From Candidatus Berkelbacteria bacterium (GTDB lineage: Bacteria > Patescibacteriota > UBA1384 > JACPKC01), in the NCBI GenBank assembly GCA_016187225.1, contig JACPKC010000007.1, positions 7,654 to 71,653 of the forward strand: DNA of 64,000 bases, read 5' to 3'. Positions 25,990-35,833 of this stretch are shown one piece after another. The notes below the pieces were generated by a model. That model was not told the origin of the DNA and searched no databases. It saw only the letters and a list, made by a program, of their open reading frames with translations. The number at the start of each line of letters is the position of its first letter. Positions within the stretch are counted from its first letter, which is position 1. The position numbers and the translations under genes are program-made.

Positions 25990-28110
25990 TCAAAAAGTAT
26001 CGGGTGGTGGAGTGCGAACTGGTGGTGATTGATGAGTGGTTGGGAAGTTGCCGCCGCCAAGCGTTTCTAGACCAATAAGAACATCACGTGGCTTGGCGCC
26101 ATCGGGCGGACCGATGGCGCCTTGTTGCTCGAGTAAATCCAAAAGGCGCGCCGCGCGGGCATAACCAATCCGTAAACGCCTCTGCAAGAGCGAGGCGCTC
26201 GCTTTGCCAGCTTGCACGACCACGGTTTTTGCCTCGCCAAATAAATCGTCGTCGATGGCGCTCTGGCCACCCGCGCCAGCGCCCACTGCCCGAGGCGCAA
26301 AATTTTCGATCTCTTCATCGTATTGAGGCGGCGCCAGTTGTTTAAGAAATTCCGTCACGCCGTCGATCTCTTTTTCAGTGACAAAACAACCCTGAACACG
26401 ACGCGGTTTGCCAACATATTCATTCGAGAGAAAAAGCATGTCTCCGTTGCCAAGGAGTTTTTCGGCGCCGGCAATATCAATAATGGTGCGCGAATCAATT
26501 TGACTTGCGACCGCAAAAGCCATGCGCGTGGTGATATTCGCCTTGATGAGACCAGTGATAACATCCACGCTTGGCCGTTGCGTTGCCACTACTAGATGAA
26601 TGCCGACCGCGCGCGCCATTTGCGCGAGGCGCACAATCGCACCCTCCACTTCCTTGGCAGACTGTTGCATGAGGTCGGCTAATTCATCGATGATAATAAC
26701 GATATACGGCAGAGGCGAGTCTTTGTGTTTGGCGTTGTAGCTTGCAATATCGCGACTGCCAACCTCTTGAAGCTGATGATAGCGCCGTTCCATCTCAACA
26801 ATTGACCATTTGAGCGTGTTGACAGTTTTATCCGGCTCGGTGACAACTGGAGCGAGAAGATGTGGCACGGCATTATATTGAGTGAACTCAACTCGCTTCG
26901 GATCAATCAGTAAGAGGCGCAAGTCGCGCGGCGTATTTTGATATAAAAGTGTTGTGATAATAGTGTTGATGGCAATGGACTTACCCGAACCAGTTGCGCC
27001 GGCAATTAAGAGATGAGGCATCCTTTTAAGATCAACCGCCACCGGCGCGCCAGCGGCGTCTCGCCCGAGCGCCAAGGTCAAATTCGATTTCACACTCTTA
27101 AAATGATCCGTTTCGAGCACCTCGCGCAAGGTGACGATCGCAGGCACTTTATTCGGCACTTCGATGCCAACCAGTGATTTACCAGAAATCGGCGCCTCGA
27201 TGCGAATCGAGGGCGCCGCGAGCGAAAGCGCCAAATCATTAGCCCGGGCCGTAATTTGATTGAGTTTAATTCCTTCGGTTGGCTTGAGTGTGTATTGCGT
27301 GACCGTTGGGCCGATATTGACATCGCCCATTGCTACCTCAATTCCAAAATCCTTGAGCGCTTTTTCAATGATCTCAACATTTTTGACCACATTCCCGGCA
27401 GTGGCTTTGCCGGTTGGCAAATTTAAAAGCTCAAAAGGCGGAAACTCCCAATCGCCAACCGGAGTCGCGATGACTGGCTTAGCAGTCGCGCTCGCTGAAT
27501 TCGGCATCTGTGAAACTTGCATGCTACCTCGCGCGCCGGCCAAGCGATCGCGCACTGCTTGAAAAACTGAAACGCGCGCATTGCCGGCGGCCGATGTATC
27601 GTGGATTTGCGGCTCCTCGCCTTTACTCGTAAAAACAAGTTCAAAGAGAGATTTCAACGAGGTGTTAAAAATAAGCAACAGACTCGCAAGCACGAGAAAT
27701 GCGAGCGCCAGCGCACCTGCGATTTCACCAAAAAATTGAGTGAACAACGCTGAAATTTCAGTCCCGATCAAACCGCCAAACGGACTCAAGAGCCCAGGTA
27801 AAAAAGTAAAGAGAAAGATCACGCCGAGCAATAAACCCCAGCGAATTGCAAAACGACTTGGGTTCCAAAGAACTAGACCGATTCCCAAAAAGACAACTGG
27901 GATTAAGTAGCTCACCGGCCCAAAAAGTTTACTGAAAAAACTTGTCAGATTAGCGCCAATTGCGCCGGCGCCGCCAAAAAGAGCCAGTAAACCGATCAAG
28001 CCAACAACTATAAAAAGCGTCGCCACGACCTCACGGAGTGTATCGGGATTCACCGACCAATCAAAGTAGGCAAAAACTGATTGTTTGCGCCGACGGCGAC
28101 GACGAGCCAT
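25990..28110 (-). CDS. ftsK: DNA translocase FtsK/SpoIIIE
   Basis: Walker A LLIAGATGSGKSIAINT, N-terminal TM helices, a C-terminal gamma-like winged helix, and 706 aa overall. Confidence 0.9.
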   Translation of the reverse strand: MARRRRRRKQSVFAYFDWSVNPDTLREVVATLFIVVGLIGLLALFGGAGAIGANLTSFFSKLFGPVSYLIPVVFLGIGLVLWNPSRFAIRWGLLLGVIFLFTFLPGLLSPFGGLIGTEISALFTQFFGEIAGALALAFLVLASLLLIFNTSLKSLFELVFTSKGEEPQIHDTSAAGNARVSVFQAVRDRLAGARGSMQVSQMPNSASATAKPVIATPVGDWEFPPFELLNLPTGKATAGNVVKNVEIIEKALKDFGIEVAMGDVNIGPTVTQYTLKPTEGIKLNQITARANDLALSLAAPSIRIEAPISGKSLVGIEVPNKVPAIVTLREVLETDHFKSVKSNLTLALGRDAAGAPVAVDLKRMPHLLIAGATGSGKSIAINTIITTLLYQNTPRDLRLLLIDPKRVEFTQYNAVPHLLAPVVTEPDKTVNTLKWSIVEMERRYHQLQEVGSRDIASYNAKHKDSPLPYIVIIIDELADLMQQSAKEVEGAIVRLAQMARAVGIHLVVATQRPSVDVITGLIKANITTRMAFAVASQIDSRTIIDIAGAEKLLGNGDMLFLSNEYVGKPRRVQGCFVTEKEIDGVTEFLKQLAPPQYDEEIENFAPRAVGAGAGGQSAIDDDLFGEAKTVVVQAGKASASLLQRRLRIGYARAARLLDLLEQQGAIGPPDGAKPRDVLIGLETLGGGNFPTTHQSPPVRTPPPDTF

Positions 28111-28161
28111 AACCCTCCAGGTTTATTTATCTTAAAGCGTAAAGTGGAAAGCGTAAAGTGA

Positions 28162-30054
28162 TCAAACTTCAATCACAACTGGAATAATCATCGGCTGACG
28201 TTGGGTGTATTCATATAAAAACTTGACAAGATCATCGCGGAGCGCGCGTTTGACGTACTCCCAATCCAACGGTGAGTTTTTACTATGCCGATCAAATAAT
28301 TGCTTGATTTCATGGCGCGCTTTAATGATTAAACCTTTGGCATCGCGCATATACACAAAGCCGCGCGAAATAATATCCGGGCTTGAGATAAGTGTGCCTT
28401 TGCGTTTATCAACCGTTAAAATAACCATAAAAATCCCTTCCTGCGCCATTGCCTGTCGATCGCGAAGCACGATGTTGCCCACATCTCCGATCCCCAGACC
28501 ATCAATCATGACATAGTTGGCCTGAATTTTTTCCGCCCAGCGCGCTTGGCCTTTTTCCACTTCGAACACCGAACCGTTCTCGCCAACAAAGATGTTCGCC
28601 CCCGGCACACCCATTTGAAGTGCAATCTTGGCGTGCGCCTTGAGCATTCGGTATTCGCCGTGAATCGGAATAAAATACTTCGGCTTGAGCATCGCGATCA
28701 TCATCTTAAGCTCTTCCTGCTTAGCATGCCCCGAAGTATGAATGTCCAGCTCGCCGCCATAAACAACCTCGGCGCCCTGGCGAAAAAGATTGTCGATCGT
28801 TTCGTGAATCGCATGCTCATTCCCAGGAATTCTTGAAGCCGAAATAATCACCGTGTCGCCCTTAGTCAACTTGACTTGTCGGTGCTCGCCCGAAGCCATT
28901 CGCACAAGCGCGGAATACTCTTCGCCCTGCGAACCAGTTGAAATAATAGTTAACTGGCTAGGCGGAATATTGGCGATACTCCGAATATCGACAAAGATAT
29001 CTTTAGGCGCATTTACATAGCCGAGTTTCAAACAAACATTGACGTTGCGCTCCATCGAGCGGCCGGAAACCGCGACCTTGCGGCCATATTTAGCTGAAAG
29101 ATTAATTGCAATTTGAATGCGATTGATATTCGAGGCAAACGAACTCATGATAATCCGTCCGGCCGCTTTTTCACGAAATATTTTCTCAATATCCATACTC
29201 ACTACACGTTCGGAGATTGTATAGCCGGGGATTTCGGCGTTGGTTGAGTCGTTCATGTGCAAAAGCACGCCCTGCTCACTCATCGAAATCAACTTGGCGT
29301 AATCTGAAGGCTCGCCCCAAATTGGCGTATGATCAAATTTCCAATCGGTCGTGTAGGCGATTAACCCCTCGGGCGTGTCGATCGCCAGTCCGACGTTGTC
29401 GGGAATGGTGTGGGTGAGCGTAAAGAGATCGATTTTAAAGACTCCAAATATGAGACGACTTCGCGCTTTCACAACGCTAACGCTGGCTTTGATATCGTGT
29501 TCCTTAAATTTCGCCTCAATGAGCGCCGCTGTCAGCGGCAAACCGTAAAGCGGAATGCCTTGCAGGCGAGGATAGATGTAGGGAATGGCCGAAACATGAT
29601 CCTCGTGGCCGTGCGTGAAGATAATCGCCCGGACTTTATGTCGATTTTCGAGAAGATAGGTAATGTCGGGAATAACAAGATCGATGCCTGGCATTTGATC
29701 GGACGGGAAGAGCCCGCCAGCATCAACAACAATAATATCGTTGCCATATTCAAAGGCCGTCATATTCATTCCCACTTCCGAGAGACCGCCGAGGGGGATC
29801 ACGCGGAGTTTAGTTTGCGGCGCCGCATACACGCGGCGCGCCAAGGCAGTTTGAGCACGCAGGGCAATGCCAGGCGTTTCCGGTTTTTGTTGCATGCGCT
29901 GTTTAGGCGGTCGGATCCTGATTTGACGCCCCGGTCGCCGTTCCGGCGCTGTTTTAGGTTGAGGCTTCGGACGCATCGGTCGGCCAGCGCTTAGCTGGCT
30001 TGCGCGCGGCGCGCGCGCTGGTTGTTTAGAAGCGTGATATGCAGTTAATGCCAT
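28162..30054 (-). CDS. rnj: Ribonuclease J (metallo-beta-lactamase/beta-CASP) with a ~70-aa Arg/Pro-rich N-terminal extension
   Basis: The HGHEDH motif, a beta-CASP domain and the C-terminal domain are present. The core starts at about LRVIPLGGLSEVGMN. The upstream 70 aa are basic and low-complexity. Confidence 0.85.
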   Translation of the reverse strand: MALTAYHASKQPARAPRASQLSAGRPMRPKPQPKTAPERRPGRQIRIRPPKQRMQQKPETPGIALRAQTALARRVYAAPQTKLRVIPLGGLSEVGMNMTAFEYGNDIIVVDAGGLFPSDQMPGIDLVIPDITYLLENRHKVRAIIFTHGHEDHVSAIPYIYPRLQGIPLYGLPLTAALIEAKFKEHDIKASVSVVKARSRLIFGVFKIDLFTLTHTIPDNVGLAIDTPEGLIAYTTDWKFDHTPIWGEPSDYAKLISMSEQGVLLHMNDSTNAEIPGYTISERVVSMDIEKIFREKAAGRIIMSSFASNINRIQIAINLSAKYGRKVAVSGRSMERNVNVCLKLGYVNAPKDIFVDIRSIANIPPSQLTIISTGSQGEEYSALVRMASGEHRQVKLTKGDTVIISASRIPGNEHAIHETIDNLFRQGAEVVYGGELDIHTSGHAKQEELKMMIAMLKPKYFIPIHGEYRMLKAHAKIALQMGVPGANIFVGENGSVFEVEKGQARWAEKIQANYVMIDGLGIGDVGNIVLRDRQAMAQEGIFMVILTVDKRKGTLISSPDIISRGFVYMRDAKGLIIKARHEIKQLFDRHSKNSPLDWEYVKRALRDDLVKFLYEYTQRQPMIIPVVIEV

Positions 30055-30090
30055 ATAATTTTAGTTTCCTTTCAATATTAGGATTCATCT

Positions 30091-30684
30091 TTATAAACTG
30101 GCCTGCGTGACAGCCAAAACTTTATAAATGACTTGAAAATCCTGTCGAATTTGTTCTTTTAATTCCTCTTTGTGTAAACCGGCGGCGGGATGAAAAAGCG
30201 CGACATACCATTGATGAGGCGCGTCAGTTGCCGGATTTGGACGATCAAAAGCTTGACCATGAACGATTGAAATTGGCCCGACGTCGGGTAAAAACTTACT
30301 TTTTGAGTGGCGACCCAAGGTAACAATGACCTTCGGCTGAAGAAGCTGAATTTGAGCGGCAAGATACGGCCAACACGCATCGAGTTCTTCTGGCAAGGGA
30401 TCCCGATTGCCTGGTGGCCGAGCGTGTACCATGTTGGTAATAAAGACATCTTTTCGTTCTAAATTAACCGAAGCAAGCATCTCTTCCAAAAATTCGCCAG
30501 CGGCGCCGACAAATGGTCGTCCAAGTTGATCCTCGTGAAAACCTGGCGCCTCACCGATAAACATAACCTTTGCTCGCGCATTCCCTTCTCCCGGGACAAC
30601 TCTAGTTTGGTCTGTGCATAAGCCGCACGATCGACACTGGCGCATCGCGGCCGCTACATCTTCGAGCGACTGATAAGCAATCAT
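30091..30684 (-). CDS. Uracil-DNA glycosylase, family 4 (Fe-S type)
   Basis: GEAPGFHEDQLGRPFVGAAG motif and the CRSCGLC cluster cysteines. 197 aa. Confidence 0.8.
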   Translation of the reverse strand: MIAYQSLEDVAAAMRQCRSCGLCTDQTRVVPGEGNARAKVMFIGEAPGFHEDQLGRPFVGAAGEFLEEMLASVNLERKDVFITNMVHARPPGNRDPLPEELDACWPYLAAQIQLLQPKVIVTLGRHSKSKFLPDVGPISIVHGQAFDRPNPATDAPHQWYVALFHPAAGLHKEELKEQIRQDFQVIYKVLAVTQASL

Positions 30685-30807
30685 TTAGAGAACTCTTCAA
30701 GAAGAAGGTAAGTTTAGCACCGATGACTGTAATTGTCAAATTTCTGTGGGTTCGTCATAGAAATTTTCCCGTTTTTTTAGATTGAAGTAATTAGAAGTCT
30801 TTTTACT

Positions 30808-30891
30808 TCATTTTGATAGAAATAATTCACCTTTATCATTAAAAATCATTGCTCCTACCGAAACCCCAATATAATTGAGCCCCTTTTTCAT
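30808..30891 (-). pseudogene. Remnant of a NUDIX hydrolase gene (first ~27 codons, then a stop)
   Basis: The minus strand encodes MKKGLNYIGVSVGAMIFNDKGELFLSK followed by a stop. This is the canonical start of a MutT/NUDIX domain, truncated before the Nudix box. Confidence 0.45.
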
Positions 30892-30932
30892 TGCTTCATT
30901 CCACAAAACCAATATTCCTTTCTCACAAGCGG

Positions 30933-32984
30933 CTAGTCTCCTGGGTGAAAAGTAGGATCGTTGTAGCGTTCTCGACCTCGAATGACATCTCGTCGATATC
31001 GATCTCCGATAGGAGTTACAGCAGAATGCAATTCTTGATCCAAAGCCATTAATTCGTGCGTCAGATTTCCCGACCATAAAATGCCGGGATCGAGGTTCGT
31101 CGTGGCTCGGTAGTGACGTGTTAGCTCGACAACTTGTTGAGTAATGCGCTGTGTCAATAATTGAGCGGCAGTTCGATTATCCTGATTGGCAAGTTGGTCA
31201 AGAAACGAATCAACCTCATTTTTGTCGTAGTGGTTAGGCGCCGCAGTTAATTCGTGAAATCGAATCAGCGCCTGGACCAGGGAATCACTTGGAAAATTCG
31301 CTTGTCGTTCATATGACATGTTCTGGAGCTGTTTGAAACCCTTATGGTCTAGCCAGCAGAGGAGCTGAACCAATGTAGGCGACATTCCAGTTGTGCCACT
31401 TTTATTCGCATAGGTCAATTTCGTATTCACATCCTCAATCAGATGGGCCAGCGCGCCATTGTTTGTTTTTGCATCACTGATGAGCCGATCGAACGCTTTG
31501 TCGCCAAATACTGGTGGTTCGTAGGGAGTCGGTTCGGTATTCTGCACGAGTCGTCGGAGCACATCGATGGCGGGTATTTTAGTAGTGGACGCAGAATCAT
31601 CGCTATTCCATTCATGAACATCTTGATCGACGAGAAGGTCATAGCTTGCTCGGTCAAGAAGTAAATCCTTCTTTTTATTATCGTATTCGGAACTATTCCC
31701 GCTAAAGTAGGAGGTTTTTGGAACGATCTCCTCTATCTTAGAACTGTCTCCACTCTCGTAGTAGTAAACCATGGCGGCCAGCATATCGTGGACGTATGGA
31801 CGTTGATCATGGATGAAATCTCGTAGAATACCGAAAAGCGGCATAATACTTAGAGCATCCAGTCGATTTTGCTCAAAGCGACTTTTGTCCAGCGTCGGAA
31901 TCGTTCGAGCAATGACCATGCGCTCATTCACATGGAGCGGATCGGCTTTTGTGACTTGCGTCTGCACTAAAAAGTCTCCAATCCCAAAATCGCCGCGACG
32001 CATACCCCATTGATTCCTCGCTTCCTGCAATAACGCAACATCTGGATGTCTCGCAATCATTTTGGGAAACAATTGCTCGCGGAATCCCTGAATAATCTCG
32101 GCGGTCATCGGGTGGTTCCTTGTATACATCCGAATTACGTCAAGCATGGATTTGCATAACTCTTCTTCGGTAGTGAGAGAAACGGCCTCGGCGGCAAGTT
32201 CTGTTACTGACTGTAATAGCGAGGCGTCGCCAATGCACCAAACTGTCTCGAGGAGATGTGGAGCGAAGTTCGTGAATGATTTACTTGCAAGTACCTCGGG
32301 TGGTTGCTCGTTAAGCTGTTCTTGCCATACAATCCCAGCTACCAGGAATTCAGAGAATCGTTGCGGAGAATATTGGGTTGAAATTTTGCTCGGAAGATTC
32401 AGTAAACCCAATGCCTGATTCAGGCGTTCTCTTCGAGTCTCCAAGTCTAAAGTCGCCGATAAGAAACGCTCGGCATACTGATCAACGAATTTGAGAATTG
32501 AGTGTTTTGTCTCCGGATTCTTTAATAGTCGGGTAGCGGCTTCGACGTCGAAAGAATTTGCAGGCGCATCACGCCAAGTTTCCTTTTTCCAATCATAACG
32601 AGGCGAACGAAGTTTCGACGTAACAGTCATCACGTCGATAAAATCTCCCTCGCTCATCCCAGTAGCTGCTTCTGCAATTTTCCGACGCTCATTCTCATCT
32701 GTCCCAACATTAGGAAACCGATCCTTCATGAGCTGTTCAAACGGAGAGAATAGTCGTGTTTCAATCTTTGGGATCTCGGTTTGAGCCTCGCCCCATGTGC
32801 TGAATTCGGAAAAATTAATAGCCTTTTCAGGGTGAGTTTGAACATAATCGAGCCCTACCCAGTCATCATCTTCATCCAAACGATCATTTTTAATCGTTTT
32901 AGGAGTATGTGAATCTTTTGCTTTATCTGAAAAATTAAATTCCTCATTTATCTGCATCATCTCACCTATTATAAGCATAAGCAC
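30933..32984 (-). CDS. Large hypothetical cytoplasmic protein (683 aa) with no recognised domain
   Basis: A long, clean ORF with no TM helices. Its upstream region carries the P1/P2 intergenic repeat. Confidence 0.5.
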   Translation of the reverse strand: MLMLIIGEMMQINEEFNFSDKAKDSHTPKTIKNDRLDEDDDWVGLDYVQTHPEKAINFSEFSTWGEAQTEIPKIETRLFSPFEQLMKDRFPNVGTDENERRKIAEAATGMSEGDFIDVMTVTSKLRSPRYDWKKETWRDAPANSFDVEAATRLLKNPETKHSILKFVDQYAERFLSATLDLETRRERLNQALGLLNLPSKISTQYSPQRFSEFLVAGIVWQEQLNEQPPEVLASKSFTNFAPHLLETVWCIGDASLLQSVTELAAEAVSLTTEEELCKSMLDVIRMYTRNHPMTAEIIQGFREQLFPKMIARHPDVALLQEARNQWGMRRGDFGIGDFLVQTQVTKADPLHVNERMVIARTIPTLDKSRFEQNRLDALSIMPLFGILRDFIHDQRPYVHDMLAAMVYYYESGDSSKIEEIVPKTSYFSGNSSEYDNKKKDLLLDRASYDLLVDQDVHEWNSDDSASTTKIPAIDVLRRLVQNTEPTPYEPPVFGDKAFDRLISDAKTNNGALAHLIEDVNTKLTYANKSGTTGMSPTLVQLLCWLDHKGFKQLQNMSYERQANFPSDSLVQALIRFHELTAAPNHYDKNEVDSFLDQLANQDNRTAAQLLTQRITQQVVELTRHYRATTNLDPGILWSGNLTHELMALDQELHSAVTPIGDRYRRDVIRGRERYNDPTFHPGD

Positions 32985-33107
32985 GGGGAAGTTTATGTTA
33001 CGTAGGATTCAAATTATTGCAATAATTTTAGCCGCTCCTTTGAGACTGCTAGAGGAAATCGGATTGTTGCGGTCAATCCAACACTAAATGTCGGCATTCT
33101 ACAAAGA

Positions 33108-33192
33108 CTTTCTCACTTTCATCATTACGAGGAACCAAGGGCGACGAAGCAATCTAGTAGAATAGGATCACCACGCTTCGCTCGCAATGACA
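33108..33192. repeat. Intergenic repeat family, composite copy. P1 is 33108-33131 (CTTTCTCACTTTCATCATTACGAG) and P2 is 33135-33192.
   Basis: P1 recurs at 22509-22532 (23/24 identical) and, with a 12-bp insertion, at 40768-40804. P2 recurs at 60086-60142 at about 85% identity (CCAAGGGYGAYGAAGCAATCTA...CCACGCTTCGCTCGCA-TGACA), preceded by a degenerate P1. Confidence 0.7.
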
Positions 33193-33235
33193 TCAAATTT
33201 TACTCGAGACCATTAAAAATCCTCTTTCAATGGTC

Positions 33236-35368
33236 TTATTCTGCTTGTTTGATCGACAAACCGATTCGGCCACGTTCGGAGTCAAGTTCGAGCACTTTGA
33301 CACGAACCTTATCGCCAACCTTCAATCGACTTGAGACGTCGGGAATCCGCTCGTTAGCCACTTCTGAAATATGTACCATCCCGACTTTGCCGGGCAAAAT
33401 TTCAACCAGAGCTCCAATCTCCTGACCGCTCATTCTGTTTTTTTGAATCGAGGTGACTGTGCCAGTGTATGTTTTACCAACTTCGGCCTCAACGACTTGC
33501 GCCTCAATGAGCTCAACAGCCTTGCGGCCAAATTCGGCGTTCGTCGAGGTTACCATGACCGTGCCATCTTCTTCAATATCAATTTGAGTAATAACTTTGC
33601 CGCCCGAAAGCTCGATAATTTTGTTGATATTTTTGCCGCCCGGACCAATGAGATCGCCAATTTTATCTTGAGGAATCTTAACTGTCAAAATACGCGGCGC
33701 ATATTCGGAAAGTTCAGAGCGCGGAGCGGGTAGGACCGAAAGCATGTGTTCGAGCACTTTGAGACGAGCGGTTTGGGCGCGCGCGAGCGCTTCTTGAATA
33801 ATCAGCAAGGTTAAACCCTTAACTTTCATATCAAGTTGAATGGCGGTGACGCCGTTCTTTGTGCCGGTTACCTTGAAATCCATATCGCCGCCAAAATCTT
33901 CGATACCTTGAATATCAGTCAGAAGCTGATAGCGCACAGAGGAATCTTCATTGAAACCTTCTTCGGTCACAAGACCGATCGCGATGCCTGCCACCGGCTC
34001 TTTAATCGGCACGCCGGCATCCATGAGCGCCAGAATCGTTCCGCAGGTGGCCGCCATCGACGATGAACCATTTGACGAGAGCACTTCCGAAACAACGCGA
34101 ATTGTATAAGGGAAACCTTCTCGATCAGGAATAATCGGCTCAACAGCGCGTTCAGCGAGCGCGCCATGACCAATTTCCCGTCGGCCAGCGCCGCGCATCG
34201 GCCGCACCTCGCCAACCGAATAGGGAGGGAAATTATAGTGGTGCATAAAACGCTTTTCGCCCTCAAGCTCCATCGTATCGATGAGCTGTTCGGCCCCTGG
34301 CCCAGCCAGCGTTGCAATCGAAAGCACTTGGGTGTCACCGCGAGTAAAAAGCGCCGAACCATGTGTGCGCGGCAAAAAATGCGGCTCCGAAGAAAGCGGC
34401 CTGATTTCGTCGAGCTGGCGGCCATCTGGGCGCACGCCGTCTGCCAAAATCACTTGGCGAAATTCTTTTTCAAGAAGTTGTGTGAAGGCGCCTTTAATAT
34501 CCATCTGTTTGTAATTGCCCTCAAAAGTTGAGAGCGCTTCAGTTTCGTATTCCTTCACCATCTGTTCTCGTTTCGCTCGATCAAGTTCGCGCACCGCTTG
34601 CGCCAAACGTTCGCCAAGATGACTCTTAAGCTCAACATGGATGTCAGTGCCTTCAAGCGTGACGTCAACACTCGCTGACTCTTCCTTGTGATAATCTTTT
34701 TTGATTTGAGCTTGAAGCGCAAAAAGCGGTTGCATTGCCTGGTGCGCGGCCGCAATCGCTTCCAGAATGCGTGTTTCAGGCACTTGGTCGGCGCCCGCTT
34801 CAAGCATCATAATCCGCTCTTCCTTGGCGCCCACAACTAAATCGAGCGGGCTTTGAGCCTGTTCCGGCATCGTCGGATTAAAAATGAACTGCCCTTCTTT
34901 TTCACCCACTCGAAAACCAACGATCGGACCCTGGAACGGTGCGCTACTCATCATGAGAGCGGTCGAGGCGCCGAACATGGCCAACATATCCGGATCCTGT
35001 TCGCCATCCATTGCAAGCACGGTCGCAATCACCTGCACATCGTTGCGATAACCCTTGGGAAAGAGCGGTCGAATTGTCCGATCGATCAAACGAGCATTCA
35101 AAACAGCGTTGTCGGTTGGTCGACCCTCGCGTTTAATAAAACGTGAGCCGCTGATCTTGCCAGCGGCGTACAGGCGTTCTTCGTAGTCAACGATCAAGGG
35201 GAAAAAGTCAACGCCTTCTCGGGGTTCATCGGCAACCACGACTGTCACCAAGACCGCGGTTCCGCCCAAACGCACCACCACGGCGGAATCAGCTCGTTCG
35301 GCAACGTGACTCGCGGTTAAAGAAATTTCTTTATCGCCAAAATCAGCGGTATATTCTTTGCGTTCCAT
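33236..35368 (-). CDS. pnp: Polynucleotide phosphorylase
   Basis: Two RNase PH domains followed by KH and S1 domains (GKTYTGTVTSIQ...). 710 aa, immediately downstream of rpsO. Confidence 0.9.
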   Translation of the reverse strand: MERKEYTADFGDKEISLTASHVAERADSAVVVRLGGTAVLVTVVVADEPREGVDFFPLIVDYEERLYAAGKISGSRFIKREGRPTDNAVLNARLIDRTIRPLFPKGYRNDVQVIATVLAMDGEQDPDMLAMFGASTALMMSSAPFQGPIVGFRVGEKEGQFIFNPTMPEQAQSPLDLVVGAKEERIMMLEAGADQVPETRILEAIAAAHQAMQPLFALQAQIKKDYHKEESASVDVTLEGTDIHVELKSHLGERLAQAVRELDRAKREQMVKEYETEALSTFEGNYKQMDIKGAFTQLLEKEFRQVILADGVRPDGRQLDEIRPLSSEPHFLPRTHGSALFTRGDTQVLSIATLAGPGAEQLIDTMELEGEKRFMHHYNFPPYSVGEVRPMRGAGRREIGHGALAERAVEPIIPDREGFPYTIRVVSEVLSSNGSSSMAATCGTILALMDAGVPIKEPVAGIAIGLVTEEGFNEDSSVRYQLLTDIQGIEDFGGDMDFKVTGTKNGVTAIQLDMKVKGLTLLIIQEALARAQTARLKVLEHMLSVLPAPRSELSEYAPRILTVKIPQDKIGDLIGPGGKNINKIIELSGGKVITQIDIEEDGTVMVTSTNAEFGRKAVELIEAQVVEAEVGKTYTGTVTSIQKNRMSGQEIGALVEILPGKVGMVHISEVANERIPDVSSRLKVGDKVRVKVLELDSERGRIGLSIKQAE

Positions 35369-35381
35369 AATATTTAGTCAG

Positions 35382-35479
35382 TGATCAATAATTAGTTGTC
35401 TGCCGCAATCAGTGAAAGTTATTTTCGCAATGATCAATAATTAGTTGTCTGCCGCAATCAGTGAAAGTTATTTTCGCAA
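35382..35479. repeat. Perfect tandem duplication (2 x 49 bp) in the rpsO-pnp intergenic/leader region
   Basis: TGATCAATAATTAGTTGTCTGCCGCAATCAGTGAAAGTTATTTTCGCAA is repeated head-to-tail with no mismatch. The second copy overlaps the rpsO stop codon region. Confidence 0.9.
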
Positions 35480-35833
35480 TTTTAGATCTACGATCATTTT
35501 TTTATAACCTGCTTCGTTAGTGCGCCCCAAATAGTTCAAGAGTCGGCGACGCTTGCCAAGCATAATTAAAAGACCGCGCCGCGAATCATTATCTTTCAGA
35601 TGTTTTTTGAGGTGCTTAGTAAGTTCGGTAATTTGCTGACTCACTCGAGCAATCTGAACTTCGGTTGAACCAGTATCATTTTCATGGCTCTGATATTTGG
35701 CGATGAGCTGATCGCTGGCGCTCACTCGAGGCGTAATTGCTTTGGCAGTTTTTGAGGTTTTAGCAAGCGCTTTTGAAGTCTTTTTAGTGGTTGTGAGCGC
35801 GGTCATTTTCTTCTCGATCTTTTGAATTGCCAT
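35468..35833 (-). CDS. rpsO: 30S ribosomal protein S15 with a ~35-aa Lys/Ala/Thr-rich N-terminal extension
   Basis: The C-terminal 85 aa (TGSTEVQIARVSQQITELTKHLKKHLKDNDSRRGLLIMLGKRRRLLNYL) align with S15. The gene lies upstream of pnp, a conserved operon arrangement. Confidence 0.85.
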   Translation of the reverse strand: MAIQKIEKKMTALTTTKKTSKALAKTSKTAKAITPRVSASDQLIAKYQSHENDTGSTEVQIARVSQQITELTKHLKKHLKDNDSRRGLLIMLGKRRRLLNYLGRTNEAGYKKMIVDLKLRK

